Origin: Mobula hypostoma
Lineage: Eukaryota
Length of the DNA: 64,000 nt
Assembly: GCF_963921235.1 (NCBI RefSeq)
Contig: NC_086109.1
Coordinates: forward strand, 8,062,001 to 8,126,000
Reading direction: 5' to 3'
Shown here: positions 13,453 to 26,421 of the stretch, piece by piece
How the letters are laid out: each line of letters starts with the position of its first letter
How positions within the stretch are numbered: position 1 is the first letter of the stretch
Translations under genes and position numbers: made by a program
The notes under the pieces: generated by a model
What the model saw: the letters and a program-made list of their open reading frames with translations, nothing else
Told to the model about the DNA's origin: nothing
The model's database searches: none

Positions 13453-14075
13453 AGTCCTGATGAAGGGTCTTGGCCCAAAACGTCGACTTTTTACTCTATT
13501 CCATATATGCTGACTGGCCTGCCGAGTTCATCCAGCATTTTCTGTGTGCTGTTTGGATTTCCAGTGTCTGGAGATTTTCTCTTGCTTATGATTGTCCTCC
13601 AACAGATTGTTTGTTGCTCCAGAGTTCAGGGTGAGCAACACCTTGCATTCGGCCTGGGTAGCCTCCAACCTGGTGGCATGAATACCCATTTCTCCTTCTG
13701 CTGAACAAAAATTCCCTCCCCTTTCCTCTATTCCCCACTCTGACCTTTTACTACTACTCACCTGCCTGTGCCCTCCTCTTTCCCTTTCTGTTGTCCACTC
13801 CCCTATCAGATTCTTCTTCAGCCCGTGACCTTCCCCACCCATCAGCCTTCCCCTATTACCTTCCAGCTAGCCACCTTGCCCTCCCCGTCAACTTTTAATT
13901 CGGGCATCTCACCTCTTCCCCCTCAGTTCTGATGAAGGGTCTCAGCTGGACATGTGGGCTGTTCATTCATTTCCATAGATGCTGCCTGATCTACTGAGTT
14001 CCTCCAGCATTTTGTGTGTGTTTGTGTTGTTTTGGACCTCCAGCACCTGCAGATTTTTCTCGTGTCTGCGTTCTC
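13453..14075 (+). mobile_element. Penelope-like 3' fragment with tandem pseudo-LTRs
   Basis: Degenerate hammerhead motifs at 13453-13488 and ~13925. EQHLAFGLGSLQPGGMN is the GIY-YIG C-terminal motif also present in 18390-20885. Confidence 0.75.
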
Positions 14076-16359
14076 TTGTCTTCATTTGGTGAAGTTTCTT
14101 TGGTATGAACTATTTTTTAAAAAGTCAAGCTCATTTTCTCACACTTCTTAATTATGTGATTGCAGTAATTCCCCAGTGGCAAGTGTGGGACCAATTTTGT
14201 AGTCTCAGGACTTGTAAATAAAGATTGCTGACTTCTCAAGAGCTCGTCTGGTGTCTGACTAAGATGTTCCCAATCTTGTGCCTGCTATCTCTGCTTATTG
14301 TCATTCAAAGCTCAGCGTCTCAATTGTACTAACAATGCCAGCAATTGTTTTACATTTTGAGCGGCTTTCAACACTTCTGCTCTTGGAGATAATGGCGTTC
14401 AGTATGTGAGAGCTCTCATTTGAGTGTGATAGCAGAAGTGAGATTAACTAAGTGTGGACTGAAACGAACTGTCAGGAATAAGTCAAATTATAGACCATAG
14501 GGAAGCAGCTCCTGATGGCAAACCGAGGTGTGCATGTGTTGGCACTTGCATGTTTGCCCAGATAGTCAAATGCTCTTGCCCAAGAACTTTTCCTGGACAT
14601 TCCTCTGCTCTGATCTGTCATCCAGGACGTGCCATCTTATTGCTACCATAAGGGACAAGGTACGACAGCCTGAGGGGGATACACTCAATGTTTTAGGAAC
14701 ATTTTCTTCCCCTCTGTAATCAGATTTATGAATGGACTGTGAATTTATGAACACTACCTCACTGTTTTATGTATATAAAAAAGGTAAGTTGTAGTAACTT
14801 TTGATCTATAACACCTGCACTGATGCTGCAAAACAACAAATTTCACAACATTTCTGTGGAATTCGTTGCCACAGGTGGCTGTGGAGGCCAAGTCATTGTG
14901 TATATTTAAGGCAGAGGTTAATAGACTTTTTATTAGTCAGGGCATGAAGGGGTAAGAGGAGAAGGCTGGAGATTGAATTTGAGAGGGAGAATGGATCAGC
15001 CCTGATGAAATGGTGGAGCAGGCTCAAACCAAATGACCATATTCTGTTCCTATATTTTATGGACTTATCTTAAAGTAGGTGCCAAGTACATTCGGGACGT
15101 TTAAGAGATGGGCACATGGGTGATAGAAAACTGGAGGGCTGTGTGCTAGACTTAATGGGCCAAGTAGCCTAATTCTGCTCCTATGGTCTTGAAAGTCAAT
15201 GATAATAAACCTGATTCTGATTCTGAACCTTGGGGTCGATCCATTTACCTCCGGAGATTTGCATCTTCAAGCCTTTGTTTTCCACATGACTTAGTTTTGT
15301 TCATTTTGACCAGACACCCTCCCTGAATTGAATATCAACCTTATCCAACCTTTTCTTGCAAATGCCCAAGTAGGAGCTGTCTGTGTGAAGTTTGCAAGTT
15401 CCTCACTGCCACACCCACGTTGCAAAGGTTTGCGGACTGGTAGGCTAATTGTGCGTCTTCACGGCAGCGTAATGCTATTGTGGCACCATCAGCCGAGGTT
15501 CATTCTGTAAGGAGTTTGTGCTTTCTACACGTGACTGCCTGGGGTTCCTCGGGGTGCTTCAGCTTCCTGCCATTTACGAAGGACAAAGTTAGAATTAGTG
15601 ACAAACTGCTTAATTGGTTGCGTGTGTGTGTAATTGGGTGGCAGGGGCTCGGTGGGCAGGAAGGGCCTTTTACCCTGCTGCATCTCTAAAGAATAAACTA
15701 CCCCTTGTGTAGGCAAGTGAAAGGATGCAGGGAAGATAAAGGAGTTGATATAGGGTTAATCTCGGGGGTGGTTGTTGGGCCAAGGGGCCTTTTATCCTGT
15801 TATGTGTCTCTCTGATTCCAACCAATATATCCCTCATCCTTGGGAGCTGATTAAGATGTTTGCCAAGCATATATTCCCTCATTTGCACCAAAGTACAGAT
15901 GTACAAAATAGACAGTGATGAAGCGAACAGCAATCAGATTGTCATGGGGAGAACTTACGAACTCGTTACAAGCAGTGGTGGGAATTGAACCACCATTGGT
16001 GATCACTGGTACCGTAAAGGATTCCACTAATTATTATGTTACCGCGCTGCCTGTGGCAGGGGGAACACGAGAAAGGTTGGCTTGTGTCTGTCACCGGAGT
16101 TGGGGACTTCAGAAAGAGCTTACTCACCATTGTGGTCTGGAGAGGGACCTCACTGAACTGTAGAATTCCAGGAAGAATATTGGCATGCATTTCAGGAGAT
16201 GAAGGCATCTTGAAGCTTTTGGAGGAAAAGGGCTTCCGCGAGGAAAGATGTTGCTATTTTTGGAAGGCTAGTAGATCTGGACAGTGCTTGTGGGATAGAA
16301 ACATGAGAACGAATGTTGCATTCAACATTAAGATGAGGAGCAGAACCTGAAGATATGTA

Positions 16360-16860
16360 CACTCAGTGGTAACTTTATTAGGTATACCTGCTCATTAATA
16401 CAGATAACTAATCAGCCAATCAGCGTGGCAGCAACACAATGCGTAAAAGCATGCAAACATTTTCCAAGAGGTTCAGTTGCTGTTCAGACCAAACATCAGA
16501 ATGGGGAAGAAATGTGATTAAGTGACTTTGACTGTGGAATGATTGTTGGTGCCAGATGGGGTGGTTTGCGTGTCTTAGAAAATGCCGATCTCCTGGGATT
16601 TTCACGTACAGCAGTCTCTAGAGTTTAAAGAGAATGGTGTGAAAAACAGAAAATAAAAAATCCACTGACGGTTCTTGTTGAGAGAGGTTGGAGGAGAATG
16701 ACCAGGCTGCTTCAAGCTGAGAGGAAGGTGACAGTAACTCAGATAACAGTGGTGTGCAGGAGAGCGTCTCTGAATGCGCAGTACATTGAACCTTGATCTG
16801 GATGGGTTACACCAGCAGAAGACCATGAACATGCACACAGAGGCCACTTTACTAGGTCCA
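16360..16860 (+). mobile_element. Tc1-derived non-autonomous element (left TIR + transposase 5' part + direct TIR copy)
   Basis: TA|cactcagtggtaactttattaggta, decayed MGKKCD.SDFDCGMIVGAR...ADLLGFSRTAVSRV, and a direct repeat at 16834-16860. Confidence 0.8.
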
Positions 16861-17700
16861 GGTGGTTCTCAATGAAGAGTAGTTTGGTCATTTTGGTAGA
16901 GATAGCGCAAGGATCTGGAGGTATGTTTTTTGTGCAACATAATTCTGGCAAGGGCATATTTCTATCATTGGGACACTAAAAGGAATCCAGGGATATGGGA
17001 GTTTGATTGGACTAGTGATGTGCATGGGTCGGCTCTGGTCTGAAAACGGTGAAGCAGGTCTCCTGGGGAGGAATGACCTTCTCCTGCATCTATTTCTGTC
17101 TTTCAGCAGATTCATAACGTGCTTCTTGTAAGTGTGCTAGATCATCTGAGCGCAATGTCCCAATTTGCATCCAGTTAAAACTTCTTGGGTTTATTGCAAT
17201 CTTCCAGATATCACCAAACACCCATTACCAAGGCACGTACTCCACAACTCAGGACAGCTTCTTCCCCTCTGCTATCTGATCTCTGAATGGACGTTGAACC
17301 CCAAATCAATTTTTATTTTTATTTTACACTAATTTAACTATTATTTTTATATATAATGTATACTTATTTATTCTTTTATGTATTGCACTGCTGCCACAAA
17401 GATGACATACTTCACGACATATGCTGGTGATGTTAAACGTGATTCTGACACCGCTCAAGTTGTGATGCCTTGTTTAAAGCAAAAATCCATAATCCTACGG
17501 GATTGCAACTTTGTGTAGAATTTCAGTATTTTCTTTGGAGAACAGGATAGCTTGTGGATCCAGCTGACCCTTTCTCCTTCTTCCCCTATCCCGCCCACCT
17601 CCTTATTCCAGCATCTTCCCCCTTCCTTTACAATCCTGATGAAAGTTCTCAACCTGAAATGTCAACTGTTTATTCATTTCCATGAATGCTGCCTGACCTG

Positions 17701-17706
<6 letters not shown>

Positions 17707-17739
<33 letters not shown>
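17707..17739. repeat. (TG)n microsatellite within a pseudo-LTR tail
   Basis: Read directly; a similar tract lies at ~30765-30791. Confidence 0.95.
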
Positions 17740-17740
<1 letters not shown>

Positions 17741-18449
17741 TCTGCAGAATCTCTTGTTTATATATTTTTATTTGGAGATGCAGCGTAGAACAGCCCCTTC
17801 CAGCCCACTGAGCCGTACCACACACTGATTTTACCCTAGCCTAATCACAGGACAGTTCATAGTGACCAATTAATCTACCAACAAAGTACATCTTTGGACT
17901 GTGGTAGGAAACCCACGCAGTCAAGGGGAGAACATACAAACTCCTTACAGACAGTGCAGAATTGACCTTTGAATTGTAAAATCATCACCCTAACCTTGTC
18001 CTAATGCTACGGTGTTTTCTGCCTGATCGTGCCATAGTATGTAATTGCATCAAGCTGGCCTTTGTGCGTTAACTTCCAGTTGAACCCTGCCCTCAGATCA
18101 TTGTAATCCAAGCCTTAGAAAAAGCCAGAGAGGTATTTTAGAAGTTTTAAAGTCAATCCAGTTTTATTAATGTTTCAGGATTCCTGTTGCTTGCTGGAAA
18201 TATGCCACCAGCTTGACAGGTTGTAAAGTCTGAAGCTTCGTGCTGTTGTGCAGGAGGTTCTGTTTGCTGTATTGTAGTGCTGTATTGTAGATTCTGGAAC
18301 GGGCAAGCATTGTAAGATTTAATAATATCATGGAAAAACGTACTGAAGGGTACACGGCTGGGCACTGAGGAGTGTGGTAGAGCAAAGGGACACACGCACA
18401 AAATGCTGGTGAACGCAGCAGGCCAGGCAGCATCTCGAGGAAGAGGTAC

Positions 18450-18485
18450 AGTCAACGTTTCGGGCCGAGACCCTTCGTCAGGACT
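18450..18485 (-). ncRNA. Minimal type I hammerhead ribozyme motif
   Basis: Minus strand: agtc CTGACGA a ggg tctcgg ccc GAAAC GTT gact. The core, stem II and stem I (agtc/gact) are intact. Confidence 0.8.
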
Positions 18486-19999
18486 AACTGAAAGAAGAGA
18501 TTGTAAGAGATTTGAAAGGGGTGGGGAAGGTCCGAAATGATGGGAGAAGCCAAGAGGGGGAGGAATGGAGCTAAGAGCTGGAAAGTTGATTGGCAAAAGG
18601 GACACGAGGCTGGAGAAGGGAGAGGATCATGGGACGGGAAGCCGAGGGAGAAAGAAAGGGGGAGTGGAGCCCAGAGGGTGGAGAGCAGGCAAGGAGTTAT
18701 AGTGAGAGGGACAGAGGGAGGAAAAAAGAGAGAAAAAAAGGGGAAAAAAATAATAAATTAATTAAATAAGGGATGGGGTATGAAGGGGAGGAGGGGCATT
18801 AACGGAAGTTAGAGAAGTCAATGTTCATGCTATCAGGTTGGAGGCTACCCAGACGGAATATAAGGTGTTGTTCCTCCAACCTGAGTGTGGCTTCATCTTT
18901 ACAGTAGAGGAGGTCATGGATAGACATAACAGAATGGGAATGGGATGTGGAATTAAAATGTGTGGCCACTGGGAGATCCTGCTTTCTCTGGCGGACAGAG
19001 CGTAGGTGTTCAACGAAACGGTCTCACAGCCTGCGTCGGGTCTCGCCAATATATAGAAGGCCGCATCAGGAGCACCGGACGCAGTATATCACCCCAGTCG
19101 ACTCACAGGTGAAGTGTCGCCTCACCTGGAAGGACTGTCTGGGGCCCTGAATGGTGGTGAGGGAGGAAGTGTAAGGGCATGTCTAGCACTTGTTCTGCTT
19201 ACAAGGATAAGTGCCGGGAGGGAGATCGGTGGGAAGGGATGGGGGAACGAATGGACAAGGGAGTCGCGTAGGGAGTGATCCCTGCGGAAAGTGGGGGGGG
19301 TGGAGGGAAAGATGTGCTTAGTGGTGGGATCCCTTTGGAGGTGGCAGAAGTTACGGAGAATTATATGTTGGACCCGGAGCCTGGTGGGGTGGTAGGTGAG
19401 GACAAGGGGAACCCTATTCCTAGTGGGGTGGTGGGAGGATGGGGTGAGAGCAGATGTGCGTGAAATGGGAGAGATGCGTTTGAGAGCAGAGTTGATAGTG
19501 GAGGAAGGGAAGCCCCTTTCTTTGAAAAAGGAAGACATCTCCTTCGTCCTAGAATAAAAAGCCTCATCCTGAGAGCAGATGCGGCAGAGACGGAGGAATT
19601 GCGAGAAGGGTATGGCATTTTTGCAAGAGACGGTGAGAAGAGGAATAGTCCAGGAAGCTGTGAGAGTCCGTAGGTTTATATTAGACATCAGTAGATAAGC
19701 TGTCTCCAAAGATAGAGACGGAAAGATCAAGAAAGGGGCGGGAGGTGTCGGAAATGGACCAGGTAAGCTTGAGGGCAGGGTGAAAGTTGGAGGCAAAGTT
19801 AATGAAGTCAACGAGCTCAGCATGCGTGCAGGAAGCAGCGCCAATGCAGTCGTCGATGTAGCAAAGGAAAAGTGGGGGACAGATACCAGAATAGGCTTGG
19901 AACATGGATTGTTCCACAAAACCAACAAAAAGGCAGGCATCACACATAAAAGTTGCTATTGAACGCTGCAGGCCAGGCAGTGTCTGTAGGAAGAGGTAC

Positions 20000-20035
20000 A
20001 GTCAACGTTTCGGGCTGAGACCCTTCGTCAGGACT
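20000..20035 (-). ncRNA. Minimal type I hammerhead ribozyme motif
   Basis: Minus strand: agtc CTGACGA a ggg tctcag ccc GAAAC GTT gact. Confidence 0.8.
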
Positions 20036-20441
20036 AACTGAAAGAAGAGCTGGTAAGAGATTTGAAAGTGGGAGGGGGAGATCCAAAATGATAGGAGAAG
20101 ACAGGAGGGGGAGGGATGGAGCCAAGAGCTGGACAGTTGATTGGCAAAAGGGATATGAGAGGATCATGAGATGGAGGCCTAAGGAGAAAGAAAGGGGGAG
20201 GGGGGGAAGCCCAGAGGATGGGCAAGGGATATAGTAAAAGGGACAGAGGGAGAAAAAGGAGAGAGAGAAAAAGAATCTGTATATAAATAAATAAATAACA
20301 AATGTCCCATGATCCTCTCATATCCCTTTTGCCAATCAACTTTCCAGCTCTTGGCTCCATCCCTCCCCCTCCTGTCTTCTCCTGTCATTTCGGATCTCCC
20401 CCCTCCCACTTTCAAATCTCTTACTAACTCTTCTTTCAGTT

Positions 20442-20477
20442 AGTCCTGACGAAGGGTCTCGGCCCGAAACGTCAACT
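20442..20477 (+). ncRNA. Minimal type I hammerhead ribozyme motif
   Basis: agtc CTGACGA a ggg tctcgg ccc GAAAC GTC aact, with one stem I mismatch. Confidence 0.75.
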
Positions 20478-21187
20478 GTACCTCTTCCTCAAGATGCTGC
20501 CTGGCCTGCTGCGTTCACCAGCAACTTTTATGTGTGTTGCTTGAAGTTCCAGCATCTGCAGGTTTCCTTGTGTTTACGTTAAAAAAGGCAGGCATAGCTG
20601 GGACCCATACGGGTGCCCATGGCTACACCTTTAGTTTGGAGGAAGTGGGAGGAGCCAAAGGAGAAATTATTAAGAGTAAGGACTAATTCCGCTAGACGGA
20701 GGAGTGTGGTGGTAGAGGGGAACTGGTTAGGTCTGGAATCCAAAAAGAAGTGGAGAGCTTTGAGACCTTCCTGGTGCAAGATGGAGGTATATAGGGACTG
20801 GACATCCATGGTGAAAATAAAGCGGTGGGGGCCAGGGAACTTAAAATCATTGAAAAAATTCAGAGCGTGTGAGAAGTGTCACGAACATAGGTGGGGGAAA
20901 AAACAACTAATTTCATGGCATTTGTCAGTGAGACTGAACCTGATTCTGATTTCTGTGGTGAGGCCGGCTTCGAGTGCCAGATGGTTCTGGGACTGGCTTC
21001 GATGTGATTAGTTGAGCCAGAGGGCCTGTTTCTGTGACCCTGCATAACTCCTCCTCTGAGCTGTGCATCCTTGAACCTCATGTTGGTTTTCTGCTGCACA
21101 TGTTGTAGCACCTATTGCTTTAGGAAGCCTCATCAGAATCCTGAAATGATGAGTATATTTAAAATTTACATATGTTATATCTAATGT

Positions 21188-21490
21188 TGGCGCATGGCCA
21201 AGTGGTTAAGGCATTCATCTAGTGACCTGAAGGTCACTAGTTCGAGCCTTGGCTGAGGCAGCGTGTTGTGTCCTTGAGCAAGGCACTTAACCACACATTG
21301 CTCTGCGACGACACTGGCCAAGCTGTATGGGTCCTAATGCCCTTCCCTTAGACAACATCAGTGGCGTGGAGAGGGGAGACTTGCAGCATGGGCAACTCCT
21401 GGTCTTCCATACAACCTTGCCCAGGCCTGCGCCCTGGAAACCTTCCAAGGCACAAATCCATGGTCTCTCGAGACTAATGGATGCCTATAA
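21188..21490 (+). mobile_element. tRNA-derived CORE-like SINE
   Basis: tggccaagtggttaagg (A box), gttcgagcc (B box) and the core 'gtgtccttgagcaaggcacttaacc'. Confidence 0.85.
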
Positions 21491-21519
21491 TGTTACATCC
21501 ACGGTACCGGTACATAAAG

Positions 21520-21785
21520 GCTGGTCGCGCAGTGGTTAGCTCGATGCTTTACAGTACCAGCGATTCAATTCCTACCACTGCCTGCAAGGAGTTTGAATGT
21601 GCTCCCCGTCGGTTTCCTCCCACAGTTCAAAGACATACCGGTTGGTAGATTAATTGGTGATTGTAAATTGTCCCATGATTAGGCTGAGGTTAAATTGGAG
21701 GTTACTGAGTGGCATGGCTCGAAGAGCCACCAGAGCTGTTCCATGCTGTATCAATAAATAAAAATTAGTAAATAAAATAATAACT
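21520..21785 (+). mobile_element. V-SINE/HE1-like SINE
   Basis: 'ggtttcctcccacag...ttgtaaattgtccc' plus an A-rich tail. Further copies lie near 15455, 17770(-), 31800(-), 39870(-), 42320(-), 57330(-), 59020, 62165, 62640 and 63460. Confidence 0.8.
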
Positions 21786-23184
21786 ATAAATTACAATAAG
21801 AAATGGATATAAAAATTGAATTAGATAAGTAGTGCAAAAAGAGAGGAAAAAATGAGGTAATGATGACCAATCAGCTGATTAATAAGTAGATAAAAGCCAA
21901 GTATTTGGATGACACACCACAATCAGCAGTGCACTGACAATGTTTCCTTGCATAGTGACGAACCGTTTGCAAGTAAATTGCTAAGATCATAGAACAACTC
22001 AACCCAACCAGAAAAAACAATGAGGTAGTGCACATGGATTCATTGTCCATTCTGAAACCTGATGGCAGGCAGGAAGAAGCTGTTTATTCCGAGTCTGCCG
22101 CTGTGACCCTGGGGCATTTGCGTCCGGTAATTCCTCTCGATTCTCTGCTCTTCCGAATTCATGTTTCCATAGTTACACAAGGGTTGCCTTGACTCAGCCC
22201 AGTGCGTCTTATCTGTTTGTTAGCATTCAACTTGGTTCTGTGGCGTTGATTCCTCACAACCCGTTCTGGGTCGCCTCATTCCAGGAAGGATGTGGTGGCT
22301 TTAGAGAGGGTGCAGAGGAGGTCGGCCAGGATGCTGCCTGGATTGGAGAGCATGTCTAACGAGGATAGGTTGAGCAAGGTGGGGCTTTTCTTTTCGGAAC
22401 GCAGGAGGATACGAGGTGTACAGGATGAGAGACATTGGTTCCACAAACTGTGGACTCACTTGCAAGGACAGTATAACTCATGTCCACAATATTACTTATT
22501 TTTCTATTAGCATATTTTAATGTTTTTCTTTTGTATTTTCACAGTTTGTTGTCTTTTGCACACTGGTTGTTTGTCTTTGTCGTTTCTTGGATTTACTTGA
22601 ACTTTGAACCCACAGACTCATTTTCAAGGAACTTCAGCTCAAGTCCTCTATTGTTTATTTAATTATTAATATCATTTTCTTTTAAATTATTTTTTGTATT
22701 TGCAAGGTGTATTGTCTTCTGCACATAGGCCATTTGACCTGTGCAGTCTTTCATTGATCCTGTTGTGTCTCTTTCAACTTCGGGTCGAGTGGTCAGCCAG
22801 AGACTTGTTTGCCAGGATAGCAGTGGCTAATTTTAGGGCATAATTTAAAGGTGATTGGAGGAAAGTATGGTGGGGGGGGGGGAGAACGTCAGAAATAGCT
22901 TCTATACAGAGAGTGTGGGTGTGTGGAATGCCTTGCCAGGGGTGACGGTAGAGGCAGATACATTAGGGATGTTTTAGCTGGGTATGTGGATGATGGAAAA
23001 ATGGAGGACTGGGTAGGAGGGAAGGGTTAGATTGCTCTTAGAGTAGGTTAAAACATTGTGGACTAAATGGCCTGTATTGTGTTGTTCTGCTTAACCCTTG
23101 TTCCCATTTGAAGATTGGGGTTAGTGGTAGGAAATGTAAGAAATGTTCCCTCCATTTAAAAAAAAAATAATCCATACACATCTA

Positions 23185-23612
23185 GATGGCAGGTGGAGAT
23201 GCATCTCTACCAAAGGAGGTGTAAGGCTCCCCTTCCCTCCGCTAGCCTGCAGGTCACCCTTGGGCAAGGTGTAGCACCTGCTTAGGCCTCCAGATCAGGG
23301 TCACGTGAAGCTATGAGAGCAGATGATCAATGGTCGTATTGGCAGCTGGTGCAATCACAAGCCCTGGTTATGTGACCACTGACACTGAGCAGTCTCTGAA
23401 AAGTATTGATAATGACTGGGGTCACCCATCTTGGAAAGACACTGCCCAGAAGAAGTCAACAGCAAACCAGTAGAAAACCTTGTCAAGAACAATCATGGCC
23501 AAGACAATGATCACCCTTGTCATATGACACAGCACAAGGCAATAGCAAACCCCCTTTTGTAAAAAAAAAATCGCCAAGAACAATCATGGTGTCATACGCC
23601 ACGGCACATAAC
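23185..23612 (+). mobile_element. SINE-like element with RTE-like tail
   Basis: Same family as 1230-1742 but lacks the minisatellite. Confidence 0.7.
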
Positions 23613-24053
23613 AAACGAAACTTCTAGTCCATTCACAAAAGTTCCATTACATGTGCCTCAAACTTGTACTTTTCGCGATCAGATTTATTGTCATTAATTT
23701 TAAGACATGAAATTATTTCGTGGCAGCACTGCAGTGTGAAGACAAAGTCACTATAAATCACAATTTCACACAAGACGTTTCATAAGGACACAAGTAACAG
23801 ATGCAGAATTAGAATACAGAACTGGAGCGACCCTTTAGCTCACATTTCTACGCCAAACACAATGTCAAATGGAACATCCCACTGGGCTCAACCCCAGTGT
23901 TTTAAGACTATTAAATGGTCCCCTAGTATGAGATGAACCCTTGGAACCACAGAACCATAGAAACTGCAGCACAGAAACAGGCCTTTTGGCCCTTCTTGGC
24001 TGTGCCGAGCCATTTTTCTGTCTAGTCCCACTGACCTGCACCTGGACCATATA

Positions 24054-25635
24054 CAGTGCCAAAAAAAGTATTTACCCCCACTCCCGGAAGCTTTCATGTT
24101 TTATTGTTTTACAACATTGAATCACAGTGGATTTAATTTGGCTTTTTTTGACACTGATCAACAGAAAAAGACTCTTTCATGTCAAAGTGAAAACAAATTT
24201 GTCTAAATTTATTACAATTATTAAACACATTAATCGATTGCATAATTACTCACCCCCGTCAAGTCAGTATTTAGTTAGATGCACCTTTGGCAGCAATTAC
24301 AGCCTTGAGTCTGTGTGGATAGGTCTCTATCAGCTTTGCACATCTGCACACTGCAAATTTTCTTCACTTTTCTTTACAGAACTGCTTGAGCTCTGTCAGA
24401 TTGTGTGGGGATTGTGATTGAACAGGCCTTTTCAAGTCCAGCCACGAATTCTCAGTTGGATTGAGGTCTGAACTCTGACTTGGCCACTCCAGGACATTAA
24501 CTTTGTTGTTTTTAAGCCATTCCTGTGTAGCTTTAGCTTTATGCTTCGGGTCATTGTCTTGTTGGAAAACAAATCTTCTCTCCAGTCGCAGTTCTCTTGC
24601 AGACTGCATCAGGTTTTCCTCTAGGATTTCCCTGTATTTTGCTGCATTCATTTTACCCTCTACCTCCACAAGCCTTCCAGGGCCTGCTGCAGTGAAGCAT
24701 CCCCACAGCATGATGCAAGCCATTGCTATGCTTCATGGTAGGGATGGTATGTTTTTGATGATGTACGGTGTTTGGTTTACGTCAAACACGTTGTTTAGTC
24801 TGATGGGCAAAAAGCTCAATTTTGGTTTCATTAGACCATAGAACCTTCTTCCAGCTGACTTCAGAGTCTCCCACATGCCTTGGGGCAAACTCTAACCAAG
24901 ATTTCAACAGTGGCTTTCTCTTTGCCACTCTCCCATCAAGCTGTGAAGCACCCGGGCAACTATTGTTGTATGCACAGTCTATCCCGTCTCAGCTACTGAA
25001 GCTTGTAACTCCTCTGCCATTGTCATGGGTCTCTCACAAACCCCCATCTAGCACACTCACTCAGTTTTGAGGACAGCCTGCTCTAGGCAGATTTACTGCT
25101 GTGTAATATTCTTTCCATTTTTTGATGATTGACTTAACTCTTCTGCAAGGGATATTCAGTGACTTGGAAATTTTCTTGTATCCATCTCCTGACTTGAGTT
25201 TTCAATAAACTCAGAGTGTCCTTTTGTCTTCTTGGCATAGTTTTTGCCAGGACACTGACTCACCAGCAGTTGGACCTTCCAGGTACAGGTGCATTTTTAC
25301 TACCATCTATTGAAACACCTGGAGTGCACACAGGTGATCTCTATTTAACTAATTATATGACTTCAAAAACCAATTGGCTGCACCAGTGATGACTTGCTGT
25401 GTTCTATTGGGGGGGGGGGTGAATACTTATACAATCAATTATTTTGTGTTTTATATTTGTAATTAATTTGCATCACTTTGTAGAAATCTGTTTTCACTTT
25501 GACACGAAAGAGACTTTTTCTGTTGATCAGTGTCAAAAGTAGCTAAATTAAATCCACTATGATTCAATGTTGTAAAACAATAAAATATGAAAACTTCTGG
25601 GGTGGGGGGGGGGTGAATATTTTTTGTAGGCACTC
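24054..25635 (-). mobile_element. Tc1-family DNA transposon with ~200-bp IR/DR-type TIRs, decayed
   Basis: TA|cagtgcc...ggcactc|TA with long inverted repeats (~24054-24258, ~25410-25635). The transposase fragment is on the minus strand. Confidence 0.93.
24364..24723 (-). pseudogene. Tc1 transposase C-terminal DDE fragment
   Basis: WGCF...FQQDNDPKH...WPSQSSDLNPTENSW. The upstream part is frameshifted or deleted. Confidence 0.92.
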
Positions 25636-25945
25636 TATCTTATCGAGCTCTTGAACCAGGGGGATAATGTCACTTGCTCCATCACTGAACTGCCAGCACA
25701 AACTATGAACTCACTTTCAGGGACTCTTCATTTCATGTTCTCTATTTATCATTTATTTATTATTATTTCTTTTAAATTACTTTGAACTTACTATGGCCTT
25801 GCACATTATTGTCTGCCTTCATTGCACTTGACATATTAGGGACATTTAGAAGACTCATAAATGGGCCCATGGAAGAAAGAAAAATGGAGGATTATGTAGG
25901 AGAGAAGGGTTACATCGATCTCAGGGTACGTTAAAAAGTTGACAC

Positions 25946-26421
25946 TGTTGGGGCCTATTCTGAAGTTATGGTATATAACAAATATTAATTTTAACAGCAG
26001 CCAATCTTCAGATCTGAAGGTGGGTTGTAGATTGAATTTTAAATGCAGCTGTGAGCAGTGGTCTTCCTGGAGCTGCATTTTTGGGGTTGATTGGTAATCC
26101 CTGCACATGCATGAATGTGACCTAGAGACATGCATGAATGTGACCTAGAGTCAGTGGGAATTAACATTCATTTTGGGTGTCTGGAGTGTGGGTGCAGAGG
26201 AGGAGATATTTGAAAATTGTATGTAATTCAAAGGAAGCATTGTAGATACATTGTAACTATAGAATTGTCCTGCTGTTACCTTTGATCTTTAGCATATAAA
26301 ATGTCATGTAATATTGGGCCAAACAGGCCTCTTTGAAGAGAGACTCACGTTTTTGCTAAATGAACACTTGTATATCCACTAGCCTCAGTGTCTTTCTGCT
26401 GACTTTGTTCATGTCACAACA
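25946..26421 (+). mobile_element. Solo LTR (476 bp) inserted in a CR1 3' tail
   Basis: TGTTG...CAACA termini, 5-bp TSD gacac (25941-25945, 26422-26426) and a TATA-like 'catataaaa' at ~26293. The host CR1 tail resumes after it. Confidence 0.8.

Larger units (their letters stand above)
18390..20885 (-). mobile_element. Penelope-like retroelement (Neptune-like), 5'-truncated: RT + GIY-YIG endonuclease + pseudo-LTR
   Basis: RT motifs MDVQSLYTSI, QTKGVAMGTRMGPSYA (20579..20809), YIDD and FLDL (19681..19947), and the thumb motif PFSQFLRLCRICS. GIY-YIG motif FTCESTGVIYCVRCS*CGLLYIGET at ~19040-19120. Frameshifts and stops are present. Confidence 0.93.

Noticed and set aside
19122..19943. 273-aa ORF as an intact gene
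   Set aside because: Only its central part is in the Penelope RT-thumb frame; the rest is out-of-frame reading of a frameshifted element.
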